From NCBI GenBank assembly GCA_016870095.1, contig VGCI01000008.1:6307-70306 (forward strand): DNA of 64,000 bases, in the 5' to 3' direction. Below are positions 1 to 9,258 of this stretch, one piece after another. Position 1 is the stretch's first letter. Every line of letters begins with the position of its first letter. Made by a program: the position numbers and the translations under genes. Below the pieces are notes generated by a model. That model saw only the letters and a program-made list of their open reading frames with translations, made no database searches and was not told where the DNA came from. This DNA is from Alphaproteobacteria bacterium (GTDB lineage Bacteria > Pseudomonadota > Alphaproteobacteria > Paracaedibacterales > VGCI01).

Positions 1-12
1 ACACGTCTGACT

Positions 13-1842
13 TTGGCTAAAAAAATTATTCCAAATCTTAATGATAACGATGTTAATTTGAGAGCAGGTTTATCAGCTACAGCTCAGAAAAAAATCCGTA
101 CGGCAAAAATTATCACTGCTGTCTTAAGTGACCTTACATTTTCTTCACTATATTGGAATTTTCTAGACCGTGTTTTAGCATTTTATAATACAGAACCTCA
201 TAATACAGTTGAAACATGGAAAGCTCTACTACCCCATTTGTCTTATGAACTTGCAAATTTTGATGAATTTGCCGTTGTTGATCTTCAAGAGAACCCTCGC
301 TCACGCTATAATTCCGAAGAATTTTTCACGAATAGAGCTATTTTCGCTTTATGTGAAACCCTTTCTCTGCATCTTGGAAATGATCATTCCATAAAGTTTG
401 GAAAATTAATTGGAATAGTCGATAAAAATACGAAGGAAGAAATCGATATTTCAGATTGTAAGGTAGAAGAAGTTAAGGGAGCTGAATTTGAAAACCTAGT
501 GAATGCTTCCCAAAGATCCGCTTATTATATGGAACAACTTATCTATTTCAGAAAAAGTCAGCCTTCTGACCACCTAATTTTAGATGTTACCAGTCCTATG
601 GCAAAAGCTTTTGAAGCCTATACATTATCCATTTCAGGACCGCAAGCCATAAAGGTACTTCCAAAAGCAGCACCGCAAAAACAACCTCAACTCAAAACTA
701 ATAAAAAGGGATCTTCAAAAAAGAAGGGGGTTTCTCAAAAATCCCAGAGAAAAGCATCGAACAAATCTAAAAAACAAAGCAAATTTCCTCAAAACTATGA
801 AAAAGTTGTAGAGTCTTCTACATCTTCAACCTCAATTTTGGATACAGAAGATACGCCAGCAACGGATGACACAAGTTTGTCAAATGACTCAGAAGAGCCT
901 ACGGAAATAGCACCTGCAATTCCATTACCCCAACCCGCAGCCAAACAAGAAAATCCAGAGCTGAAATCCGAAATCTTAAACTCCAGAAAGCCCTTTATAC
1001 CTCGGGAAATGAATATCAGAGAAGTTCGGTTGAATCTTCAAGAACGTACTTCATCAAGTTACACTTATAATGGCAATACTTATGCGTTTCCTTTTCGCAG
1101 TGAGTCACCTTTCTGTTTTCAACTTGATTTTCTGCGTCAGATTAAAGCAATGACACATTTGTCACCTCAAACTGACAAATTGCCGAATATTGCTCAAGGT
1201 GCATTAGTGCTCCATTTCGATAAAGGAAAAAATGAGGAAAGAGTTATCATTCCCTTGGAAGAGCTATTTCTATCGGGAGGGAAATTTTTTGGTGCACCTG
1301 ATTTAAAATTCAAGCAAGAAAATAAAATTGTTACAGGAATGCAAGACATGCTATCACCGAAAGAGAGATTGGAAATTCATAAGCTCCCTTTTGGGAAAAA
1401 AAGTATTCCGCTTGGTATCGCTCTCGAGCAACGCATACGCCGGGAAATCATTGTTGGTCCTTGGAAAAATAATTGCTTAGATTCTGAAGCTCTTCTTTTG
1501 TGTAAGCTCGTCAGAAATTTACCCCCACTCCTTCGTCAGAAAGCTCTAAGAGGTACTCAAGAACCTATTACAATCACCCATGCTATACTCTGTATTGATT
1601 CTTACAGAGATTGTTGTGCAAATTGTCAAAAACTCATTCAGGGATTTCAGTGGCGCCTCCATGACTTGATACTCGGCTGCAACGACCCGAAAATATCTGT
1701 TGTTGACGATTTTGGAACTTTAGCAATCGTTAGAGGGCATAAACGCTCGGAATTTATTGATGATGCCCTTCCTCAATACAAGGGATCTATAAGTTTGGAA
1801 AAGGGGCAGCACTCTCTTGTCTGCGTACCAATCAACAAATAG
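13..1842 (+). CDS. hypothetical effector-like protein with a basic K/S/Q tract, an acidic S/T/D/E tract and a C-terminal deaminase-like DxE...CxxC region
   Basis: 609-codon ORF. The frame is open back to base 1 and the listed start is a TTG with no visible RBS, so the 5' end may lie outside the window. No signal peptide. Motifs are described in the findings. Confidence 0.6.
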   Translation: MAKKIIPNLNDNDVNLRAGLSATAQKKIRTAKIITAVLSDLTFSSLYWNFLDRVLAFYNTEPHNTVETWKALLPHLSYELANFDEFAVVDLQENPRSRYNSEEFFTNRAIFALCETLSLHLGNDHSIKFGKLIGIVDKNTKEEIDISDCKVEEVKGAEFENLVNASQRSAYYMEQLIYFRKSQPSDHLILDVTSPMAKAFEAYTLSISGPQAIKVLPKAAPQKQPQLKTNKKGSSKKKGVSQKSQRKASNKSKKQSKFPQNYEKVVESSTSSTSILDTEDTPATDDTSLSNDSEEPTEIAPAIPLPQPAAKQENPELKSEILNSRKPFIPREMNIREVRLNLQERTSSSYTYNGNTYAFPFRSESPFCFQLDFLRQIKAMTHLSPQTDKLPNIAQGALVLHFDKGKNEERVIIPLEELFLSGGKFFGAPDLKFKQENKIVTGMQDMLSPKERLEIHKLPFGKKSIPLGIALEQRIRREIIVGPWKNNCLDSEALLLCKLVRNLPPLLRQKALRGTQEPITITHAILCIDSYRDCCANCQKLIQGFQWRLHDLILGCNDPKISVVDDFGTLAIVRGHKRSEFIDDALPQYKGSISLEKGQHSLVCVPINK

Positions 1843-1949
1843 GAATAAGGAATAGCATTACCACTCCAAGAAACCAATTTCTTGAATCGTAACTATATAA
1901 GCCCCCTCTTGCACCATCCTGAAATTTTCCCTATTCTTTAAAAAATTTT

Positions 1950-3050
1950 ATGGATCAAATTGTCATGGCCCCTATTCCCAGTATCTCTAACAGCCGTCCT
2001 ATCATTTTATGGCTTTTGAGCACCTGCTTTTTAATTTGGCTTATGATTATCCTCGGCGGAGCGACGCGTCTCACTCATTCCGGTTTATCCATTGTAGAAT
2101 GGAAGCCTATTACAGGTATTATACCACCCTTAAATCAAACACAATGGATTGAGGAGTTTGAAAAATACCAACACTTTCCTGAATATAAACTTGTTAATAA
2201 GGGAATGAGCCTTTCCTCCTTTCAATTTATCTATTTTATGGAATATGCACATCGCCTTCTTGGCCGATTGATGGGTCTCTGGTTCATAATCCCCCTCATT
2301 TACTTCTGGAGCACGAGTCGACTTTCTCCCTTATTAAAAAGACGGGCGATATTTGCCTTGGGATTGGGTATATTTCAAGGATTTATAGGATGGTACATGG
2401 TGAAAAGTGGCCTCGTGAAAGATCCAACAGTCAGTCATTATCGTTTAACAATTCACCTATCACTTGCCATAGCACTTTATGGATTGCTTTTTTGGACGGC
2501 TCTCGAGATCATGGTGACACCTAAAAAAGAAATGATCAAACCCGAGCCTAAGATGATTGGAATTTTGAGCCTTCTCTGTTGCCTTGCCCTTACAAAGACC
2601 ATTCTCTACGGAGGATTCGTAGCGGGCCTAAAAGCTGGCCTGATTTACAATACATTTCCACTAATGGGAGGGCACTTTCTCCCTGGCGAATGGGCCTTTT
2701 ATCATCCATTATGGCTCAATTTTCTAGAAAACGCTGCCCTCATTCAATGGTTACATCGATGGATCGCTGTGAGTACTATAATTCTCATCTTATACACGAC
2801 CTGGAATACCATTATTTTAAGTCCTAATCGACTTACACGACAGGTTTCTGGCGCTTTTGCTTGTGTCGCCCTCTTGCAAGGAGCACTGGGAATCTTAACA
2901 CTTCTCTATCAAGTTCCCGTAACTTTGGGTACCCTTCATCAAGGTATGGCTATTTTACTCTTTACATTGGGACTCTCCTTGTATTTTCTCGGGAAGCCAC
3001 AAAAGAAGTTCTCAAACTTTGATCTTGGCAGGGAAGGAGAATTGGTGTAG
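1950..3050 (+). CDS. ctaA: heme A synthase (COX15/CtaA family)
   Basis: 366 aa polytopic membrane protein. N-terminus 'GGATRLTHSGLSIVEWKP' and 'EYAHRLLGRL' are typical COX15/CtaA motifs. Conserved His residues lie in TM helices. Confidence 0.9.
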   Translation: MDQIVMAPIPSISNSRPIILWLLSTCFLIWLMIILGGATRLTHSGLSIVEWKPITGIIPPLNQTQWIEEFEKYQHFPEYKLVNKGMSLSSFQFIYFMEYAHRLLGRLMGLWFIIPLIYFWSTSRLSPLLKRRAIFALGLGIFQGFIGWYMVKSGLVKDPTVSHYRLTIHLSLAIALYGLLFWTALEIMVTPKKEMIKPEPKMIGILSLLCCLALTKTILYGGFVAGLKAGLIYNTFPLMGGHFLPGEWAFYHPLWLNFLENAALIQWLHRWIAVSTIILILYTTWNTIILSPNRLTRQVSGAFACVALLQGALGILTLLYQVPVTLGTLHQGMAILLFTLGLSLYFLGKPQKKFSNFDLGREGELV

Positions 3051-3094
3051 TTAATGAAGATATGCCCTATTCGAATGGGTAAGTACTGTGAGTA

Positions 3095-3171
3095 CGGGAC
3101 GTAGCGCAGCCTGGTAGCGCGCCTGCTTTGGGAGCAGGATGTCGGAGGTTCAAATCCTCTCGTCCCGACCA
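3095..3171 (+). tRNA. tRNA-Pro (anticodon UGG), CCA encoded
   Basis: Acceptor stem CGGGACG/CGTCCCG. Anticodon arm CCTGC-TTTGGGA-GCAGG, giving anticodon TGG. T-arm GGAGGTTCAAATCCTCT. 3' ACCA present. 77 nt cloverleaf read by eye. Confidence 0.9.
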
Positions 3172-3189
3172 TTTCAAGGAATATGCCAA

Positions 3190-3486
3190 ATGGTTCAAGC
3201 TCGTATTTTTAAACCCGCCAAATCAGCCATGCAATCCGGAAAAGCTCGTACGCGTCAATGGGTCTTAGAATTTTGTCCCAAGGATGTGTCGTTTGTTGAT
3301 CCCATCATGGGTTGGTATGGGTCAAACGATACGCTTCACCAGCTTCGATTGACGTTTCGTTCCCTTGATGCGGCTATAGCTTATGCAAAAGCGCGAAACC
3401 TTGTGGTTCAAATTGAAACCGCTCATTTGCCTGTTTCACCCTCCAAAGCTTACGCCAATAACTTTCGGTTTGATCGCGTTGAATAA
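3190..3486 (+). CDS. NDUFS4-like 'ETC complex I subunit conserved region' protein
   Basis: 'ARIFKPAKSAMQSGKARTRQWVLEF...DPIMGWYGSNDTLHQLRLTF' matches the alphaproteobacterial/mitochondrial NDUFS4 family. The track start at 3139 overlaps the tRNA-Pro, so I moved the start to the ATG at 3190. Confidence 0.8.
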   Translation: MVQARIFKPAKSAMQSGKARTRQWVLEFCPKDVSFVDPIMGWYGSNDTLHQLRLTFRSLDAAIAYAKARNLVVQIETAHLPVSPSKAYANNFRFDRVE

Positions 3487-3662
3487 TTTGAAATTAATAG
3501 TATTTTTACCCTTCTTCAACGCAAAACAATTTTGTTATGAAATTTAGCTTAATTTTATTTTCAGCAATTAGCATCATTTTTTGAAAGAATGTTAATGCAA
3601 ATACATTTGAAATCGGGTAAAAAACTAAACTTACCTAAATAAATTGTTAATGGGAGAATTAA

Positions 3663-4781
3663 ATGCGAATCGGTGTGCCAAAAGAAATTAAAAATCATGA
3701 ATATCGTGTTGGATTAACACCGACCTCCGTTCGGGAATTAACGCATTTGGGTCATCATGTTGCCATTGAGACAAATGCTGGATTAGGCGTTGGTTTCGAA
3801 AATGAACAATATCAGATGGCGGGGGCTACTATTCATCAAACTGCCAGCGACGTATTTGCCCAATGCGATATGATTATTAAAGTAAAAGAGCCACAAGCGC
3901 AAGAATATGAGCTGTTGCGCAAAGATCAAATTCTTTTTACCTACCTCCACCTCGCTCCAGACCTCGAACAAGCCGAGGGATTAATTAAATCTGGCTGTAT
4001 TGCTATTGCCTATGAAACCGTTACTGATTCATACGGTGGCCTTCCTCTCTTAGCTCCCATGAGCGAAGTTGCCGGACGAATGTCTATACAAGCTGGCGCT
4101 CACTATCTAGAAAAAGGCCAAGGCGGATCTGGTGTGCTCTTAGGGGGTGTTCCGGGTGTAAGTCCTGGAAAAGTTGTTATTTTGGGAGGAGGCGTTGTGG
4201 GTGCGAATGCAGCACGGATGGCAATTGGACTTGGTGCTCAAGTTTCAATTTTTGACCGCAATCCTCGTCGTCTAAAAGAGCTGGATATTGAATTTGATGG
4301 ACGCGTTCACACAATTTATTCAACAACAGATGCCATTGAGCGCTATGTAACGGACGCAGATCTTGTGGTGGGGGCCGTTTTGATTGCTGGCGCAGCAGCT
4401 CCCCGTCTTGTAACACGAAATCATATCCAAAAAATGCGCCCCGGCTCTGTACTTGTTGACGTCGCTATTGATCAAGGTGGTTGTTTTGAGACCAGTCGCC
4501 CTACAACGCACACTGATCCCATTTATATAGTTGATAATATCATTCACTATTGTGTCACTAATATGCCAGGTGGTGTCGCACGAACATCAACGGTTGCTCT
4601 CAATAATGCAACTATGCCTTATGTTATTGCCTTAGCTCAAAAAGGATATCAAAAAGCACTTTCTGATGATTTGCATTTGCGCAATGGTTTAAATGTATAC
4701 AAAGGGCAAGTTACTTATGAAGCTGTAGCCCGGGACTTGGGTAAAGCATTTGTAGAACCGTTAGCTCTTTTGGCAGCTTAA
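3663..4781 (+). CDS. ald: alanine dehydrogenase
   Basis: 372 aa. '[20 protein letters not shown]' N-terminus and Rossmann motif '[14 protein letters not shown]'. Length fits Ald rather than PntA. RBS GGGAGA lies upstream. Confidence 0.9.
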   Translation: MRIGVPKEIKNHEYRVGLTPTSVRELTHLGHHVAIETNAGLGVGFENEQYQMAGATIHQTASDVFAQCDMIIKVKEPQAQEYELLRKDQILFTYLHLAPDLEQAEGLIKSGCIAIAYETVTDSYGGLPLLAPMSEVAGRMSIQAGAHYLEKGQGGSGVLLGGVPGVSPGKVVILGGGVVGANAARMAIGLGAQVSIFDRNPRRLKELDIEFDGRVHTIYSTTDAIERYVTDADLVVGAVLIAGAAAPRLVTRNHIQKMRPGSVLVDVAIDQGGCFETSRPTTHTDPIYIVDNIIHYCVTNMPGGVARTSTVALNNATMPYVIALAQKGYQKALSDDLHLRNGLNVYKGQVTYEAVARDLGKAFVEPLALLAA

Positions 4782-4797
4782 AGGCGCCAGCCTAAGG

Positions 4798-5142
4798 TTA
4801 CAGAGAAAAAGAATTTCCACAACCGCACGACGCCGTAGCATTGGGATTTTTTATCACGAACTGTGAAGATGTTAAATCTTGTGTATAATCGATAATTGCA
4901 TTTGATAAAAGACCTAATGATGTTGAGTCAATTAAAACCGCAATGCCATTTTTCTCAAATATTTGATCGTCAGCAGTTTTTGCATCGTCCAAAGTAAAAT
5001 GATATTGGAATCCCGAACACCCCCCCCCACTTACAGAAATACGCAAACTTAATTGATTTGGATTTGTCCCCTTCTCATTAGCAATAAGGTCAGCAACTTT
5101 GGCCGCAGCACTATCTGTAATTTCAATTTGAGGCGTCGTCAT
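4798..5142 (-). CDS. erpA: iron-sulfur cluster insertion protein (HesB/IscA/ErpA family)
   Basis: 114 aa. '[10 protein letters not shown]' and C-terminal 'CGCGNSF' are the three-Cys signature of A-type carriers. Confidence 0.85.
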   Translation of the reverse strand: MTTPQIEITDSAAAKVADLIANEKGTNPNQLSLRISVSGGGCSGFQYHFTLDDAKTADDQIFEKNGIAVLIDSTSLGLLSNAIIDYTQDLTSSQFVIKNPNATASCGCGNSFSL

Positions 5143-5231
5143 ATATTTACTCCAAGAACATCTGTTCTTCTTATTAAAATTAAATCTTTTTTATAGCACA
5201 AAATCAATTCATTTGGCAAGTTTTTCCAAGA

Positions 5232-6539
5232 CTACTGAGGAAGGCGAACATGCACCCTTAAGCCCCCTTGAGGCGATTCACCAAGACGGATCTGCCCACC
5301 ATGATTACGAATGACATCGCGAGCAATACTTAAACCGAGGCCAACGCCACCGGTTTCTAAATTTCGAGACACATCAAGTCGATAAAAGGGTCGGAACACC
5401 TCTTCTCTTTGGGACTCAGGAATGCCTGGGCCATCATCATCGAGCGTAATCTCTAAAAAGCGACCATTTTTATGGGCCATTATCCAGACATGCTGGGCGT
5501 GGCGCTGTGAATTAACCAAAAGGTTCATCAAGCACCTTTTAAAAAGTTGAACTTTTAACTCAATTTTAAGCTCTGCAGGACACTGAATAACAATTTGTAA
5601 GTTTGAATTACGAAACTCACCTTTTAATTCATACAATAAAGCAGAAAAAACAATACTTTGTGGAGATTCATCCCCCGCGCCTCTGGCAAAATTCAAATAT
5701 CCTTCAAGCATTTTTTGCATTTGATCCACATCTTCCGACAAATTCAATACCTCAACATCTCGAGGCATCATGGCAAGCTGCAACTTCATACGGGCTAACG
5801 GTGTTCGTAAATCATGTGAAACACCGGCTAGCATTTCTGTACGCTCTGTCAATTGACGGCGAATACGATCTCGCATGATGTTAAATGACAGGCCGGCTTT
5901 TCGGACCTCGGATGCTCCCTCTGGGCGATAGTCTCCCACATCTTGACCGCGACCAAACCGCTCTGCCGCATCTGCGAGACGACGTAACGGTCGAATTTGA
6001 TTGCGCATAAATAAAGAAGCCACAATAAATAACAGCAATGCTGAAGCTGTTGTCCAAATAAGGACGAGTGGTGTTGTGCGGCTAAATAAACGCTTGCGCG
6101 GCGTTTCAACATGCAAAACGCCTTGGCGAATTTCGACATCTAAATAGATGTTATCCGCATCCATACGTAAAAAATAGGGCAACTTAAGCTTATCATGTAA
6201 AGCGTCTTCCATAAATCCATAGAGCCAAGTTGATTTATATATTCCCATACGTTTTAACCGTTCTCCCGGACGCAATTTAAGATCTAGGTTGAGGTTTTGA
6301 TGAGCCAATTCAGCAATTCGATCGAAATTTTGACCATCCTCAACCATTTCCACAATTAATTGAATGTCCCCTGAAATGGTATTTGAGAGAAGTCGTAAAA
6401 TAGTTTCCGTATGACGATCGAAGAAAATGTACCCCAAGACGACCTGGACTAAAATAAGAGGGGTAACCAAAATAATAAGGGAACGACCGAATAAACTTCG
6501 AGGTAAAATGGACTTTATTAAAATAAGAGGGTTATGCAT
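5232..6539 (-). CDS. sensor histidine kinase (EnvZ-like: two TM helices, HAMP, HisKA, HATPase_c)
   Basis: 435 aa. H-box 'LAGVSHDLRTPL', N-box 'LVNSQRHA', G-boxes 'DDDGPGIP' and 'GGVGLGLSIA'. No response regulator gene is adjacent. Confidence 0.9.
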   Translation of the reverse strand: MHNPLILIKSILPRSLFGRSLIILVTPLILVQVVLGYIFFDRHTETILRLLSNTISGDIQLIVEMVEDGQNFDRIAELAHQNLNLDLKLRPGERLKRMGIYKSTWLYGFMEDALHDKLKLPYFLRMDADNIYLDVEIRQGVLHVETPRKRLFSRTTPLVLIWTTASALLLFIVASLFMRNQIRPLRRLADAAERFGRGQDVGDYRPEGASEVRKAGLSFNIMRDRIRRQLTERTEMLAGVSHDLRTPLARMKLQLAMMPRDVEVLNLSEDVDQMQKMLEGYLNFARGAGDESPQSIVFSALLYELKGEFRNSNLQIVIQCPAELKIELKVQLFKRCLMNLLVNSQRHAQHVWIMAHKNGRFLEITLDDDGPGIPESQREEVFRPFYRLDVSRNLETGGVGLGLSIARDVIRNHGGQIRLGESPQGGLRVHVRLPQ

Positions 6540-6609
6540 ATCATTCCTTTAATTTGAATTTAACCCATTTTTTAAGTTAGAACCATTAGTTTTCAGGGAA
6601 TGTGAAGAT

Positions 6610-6637
6610 AAAAAAAAAGGGCAACACCTTATTGCCC
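6610..6637 (-). terminator. Rho-independent terminator downstream of the 6670-7506 gene
   Basis: Stem GGGCAA/TTGCCC (6619-6624 with 6632-6637), 7-nt loop. A 9-nt A-run on the plus strand gives a T-run after the hairpin on the minus strand. Confidence 0.6.
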
Positions 6638-6669
6638 TATAGTCTTTAGGATGTGCGTAAAATATTTGC

Positions 6670-7506
6670 TTAGCTATTCCAAGGATTAGTAATGATGGTA
6701 AAGCCGCCTGCATCTTGTGAGTTTTCTCCCATTCTGATAATTGGGATTATAGAACCAGATGGCGCAAATTTACCCATTTTATGCTTACCCTCGGGCCCTT
6801 GGCCTTCAGATGTAGGTGAATCAGCCTTCTCTTCTTTTTGATCCTTATGCTCTTTACGCTCATCTCCATTATCCCAGGCACTGGGTGTCACAACAATTTT
6901 AGCTTCCTCACTTGAAGAATGTGCTGTTGCTGGCGTAGATAGAGGTGATGCATATGAAGGTTTTTCACGATAAAAATCCTGATTGCCTGATGTCAAAGGT
7001 GTTTCAGATTTTGATGAGGAATACATTCTATCACTTTGGGGCAGTGGCGTGCTCCCTACGTCAGGATATTCTGAACTTGTCTCTTCTTCCGAATTGTCAT
7101 GAGCATTATCCGCATCTAAGCTGTTTAATTTTTCTAACCTTCTCAAGACACGTGTTTCTGATGAAGTCAGCGTTAGAGCTGCTGCATTAGAATTGGGACC
7201 TTGCAAAGTATTTTGTGAAAAATTGCTTTTTTGGGTAGAAATTTTGCCAGCTGACATAGGCGTTTTGGGATGGATATCTTCGATGGGCGTAGCTCTTAAA
7301 GTAGGTTCCTCACTATTTTGGGAAGACTGAACCTCAGATTTTGAAGTATCAATACCCTTTTGAGACGGCTCGGACGCATATTCTGATTTTGGTTGCTTCG
7401 ATTTAGAATCTTGCTCTCCAGCCAAGATTTCACAGGCAAAACATGAAAATAGCAGGGCACCCATAGAAGCGCCAAGCATACTTTTGACATAAAATACTCG
7501 CATCAT
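6670..7506 (-). CDS. hypothetical secreted, S/E/P/T-rich low-complexity protein
   Basis: Long ORF. I moved the start to the ATG pair at 7506/7503, preceded by AAGGA. This gives the signal-peptide-like N-terminus 'MMRVFYVKSMLGASMGALLFSCFACEILAG'. The rest is compositionally biased and probably disordered. Confidence 0.6.
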   Translation of the reverse strand: MMRVFYVKSMLGASMGALLFSCFACEILAGEQDSKSKQPKSEYASEPSQKGIDTSKSEVQSSQNSEEPTLRATPIEDIHPKTPMSAGKISTQKSNFSQNTLQGPNSNAAALTLTSSETRVLRRLEKLNSLDADNAHDNSEEETSSEYPDVGSTPLPQSDRMYSSSKSETPLTSGNQDFYREKPSYASPLSTPATAHSSSEEAKIVVTPSAWDNGDERKEHKDQKEEKADSPTSEGQGPEGKHKMGKFAPSGSIIPIIRMGENSQDAGGFTIITNPWNS

Positions 7507-7792
7507 TTTTCCTTCATTTCTGAGCTTGAATTGATATTCAAGATAAATTGTTACTCGCCCCTCCAGGCTTAATTTCACCTTAACAAGACAAAAGTTAACA
7601 AAGAATTAATGCACAAGAAGCTTGAAATAAAAAAATGGATCGATAGAATGGGGACCAAGAGTAACTTTACTTCTTTAAAATTCTTAGTCATCGATGCTTT
7701 TGTTTTTGACAAATGCCTTTGACTCGTGGCAAATGGCTTTAAGGAACATCAATTTATCAGTTTTTAAAAGAAAATGTGAAGGAGAACGAACC

Positions 7793-8137
7793 GTGATTAA
7801 ACTTGAATGGGGTACAAAGCGCGCTTGCCAGAGCTGTTCTGCTCGTTTTTATGATATGCGGCGCAGTCCAATTGTATGTCCTAAATGTGGTGAAACTTTT
7901 GAGCTCCAAACTTTAGGACGCCGCACACGTAACCGCTCAGTTGTAGTTGACGATGTATCTGCAAAGCCTTTAGAAGATGATATCCTTATCACAGATCTCG
8001 ATCTGCCAGCAGATCTTGAAGATGAACTTGGCGAAGAAGATGATGACACTCTCATTGAAGATACTTCAGACTTAGGCGAAGACCTAGACGATATGGCTGA
8101 TGTTATCGACACAGTTGATGAGGGTGAAGAACAATAA
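7793..8137 (+). CDS. TIGR02300-family protein (N-terminal zinc ribbon, acidic C-terminal tail)
   Basis: 'WGTKRACQSCSARFYDMRRSPIVCPKCGETFE' matches the FYDLN zinc-ribbon signature, followed by a D/E-rich tail. I chose the GTG at 7793, 6 nt after RBS GAAGGAGA, because family members begin just before 'GTKR'. Confidence 0.8.
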   Translation: MIKLEWGTKRACQSCSARFYDMRRSPIVCPKCGETFELQTLGRRTRNRSVVVDDVSAKPLEDDILITDLDLPADLEDELGEEDDDTLIEDTSDLGEDLDDMADVIDTVDEGEEQ

Positions 8138-8155
8138 CCTTAAGGGGGATATGTG

Positions 8156-8296
8156 ATGAGCCTTATGATTAAAATGTTCTGGATTTCATTGGCAAGCCTA
8201 ATTGTTATGGCAATTATTGCCCTTGGTGTTATTGGAATACCGGCAAAACCAGTGACGGTAGTTAAATCTATTCCAAATGATCAACTGACGTCGTAA
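8156..8296 (+). CDS. small hypothetical membrane protein (46 aa, one TM helix)
   Basis: Not in the ORF track because it is under 60 aa. ATG at 8156 lies 7 nt after AAGGGGGA. Translation is MSLMIKMFWISLASLIVMAIIALGVIGIPAKPVTVVKSIPNDQLTS. It fills the gap between the TIGR02300 gene and xerD. Confidence 0.4.
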   Translation: MSLMIKMFWISLASLIVMAIIALGVIGIPAKPVTVVKSIPNDQLTS

Positions 8297-8301
8297 ATCT
8301 G

Positions 8302-9258
8302 ATGTTACATCCTGAGGTCGATGCTTTTTTGGAAATGCTAGTCGCGGAAAGAGGGGCAGCTAACAATACGGTAGATGCCTACCGCCGCGACATCAAGAAT
8401 TTCGTTGCTTTTTTAAATGATAGCACCTCGCCTGACGTTCGGTTCGATCAAGTCACATCGAATCAAGTGAACCATTATATTATGCACTTATCACAACAGG
8501 GCTTGAAAAGCACAACTCTTTCTCGTCACTTATCCTGTTTACGTCAGTTATATCAATTTCTTGTGTCCGAAAATTGGTCTGCTCACAATCCTACAGCAAC
8601 AATTGATACACCACGTCCGCAACGAAACTTGCCGAAAATACTTTCTGAAGAAGAAGTCATGCAATTATTAGAAATTGCATCGGCACAAACGGACCCTGAA
8701 GGGTGTCGGCTTTATGCCATGCTTGAAACGCTTTATGCAAGTGGCTTGCGCGTGAGTGAATTGATCTCTTTACCCTTTACAGCCATTCATCCCAGCAAAG
8801 CCTTTCTACTGATAAAAGGAAAAGGGGGGAAAGAAAGATTAGTCCCTTTAAGCGACCCTGCTTTAAAGGCATTACAAACTTATCTAACCGTTCGACCCTC
8901 TTTTTTGCTAAGATCGGGCCATAAGGGCCAAAAATGGCTGTTTCCTTCTAACAGTAAAGAAGGACACTTAACAAGACAGCGATTTGGGCAGTTGCTCAAA
9001 GAATTGGCGAAAGCAACAGGTTTGGATCCTGACAAATTATCACCCCATGTTATTCGCCATGCATTTGCAACCCACCTTTTAGCCAATGGGGCAGACCTAC
9101 TTGCTATTCAAAAGCTATTAGGTCACGCAGATTTATCAACCACACAGATTTATACTCATGTGGTTACAGACCATTTAAAAAACTTAGTGAATGACCATCA
9201 CCCTTTGTCGGCTTTACAGAAAAGCACGCCTATGCACCAAACAAGGAAAAATTCATGA
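8302..9258 (+). CDS. xerD: site-specific tyrosine recombinase XerD
   Basis: 318 aa. N-terminal '[23 protein letters not shown]' and catalytic region '[12 protein letters not shown]...[16 protein letters not shown]'. The TGA stop overlaps the accA ATG. Confidence 0.9.
   Translation: MLHPEVDAFLEMLVAERGAANNTVDAYRRDIKNFVAFLNDSTSPDVRFDQVTSNQVNHYIMHLSQQGLKSTTLSRHLSCLRQLYQFLVSENWSAHNPTATIDTPRPQRNLPKILSEEEVMQLLEIASAQTDPEGCRLYAMLETLYASGLRVSELISLPFTAIHPSKAFLLIKGKGGKERLVPLSDPALKALQTYLTVRPSFLLRSGHKGQKWLFPSNSKEGHLTRQRFGQLLKELAKATGLDPDKLSPHVIRHAFATHLLANGADLLAIQKLLGHADLSTTQIYTHVVTDHLKNLVNDHHPLSALQKSTPMHQTRKNS

Noticed and set aside
2939-3189. Track ORF 2939-3172 (minus strand), and the 3139 start of the plus-strand ORF that overlaps the tRNA region.
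   Set aside because: Both overlap a canonical tRNA-Pro (3095-3171). The minus-strand ORF is simply the antisense of the tRNA plus the ctaA 3' end. The NDUFS4-like gene has a family-consistent ATG at 3190, just after the tRNA.
5020-5028. C9 homopolymer inside erpA (G9 on the coding strand) considered as a possible slipped-strand phase-variation tract. A similar G8 run lies at 41224-41231 in the HIG1 gene.
   Set aside because: The run is exactly three in-frame GGG codons encoding the conserved 'SGGGCSG' motif of A-type Fe-S carriers. The G8 run encodes 'KGGE'. Both are in housekeeping genes with intact frames, so there is no evidence of a contingency function.
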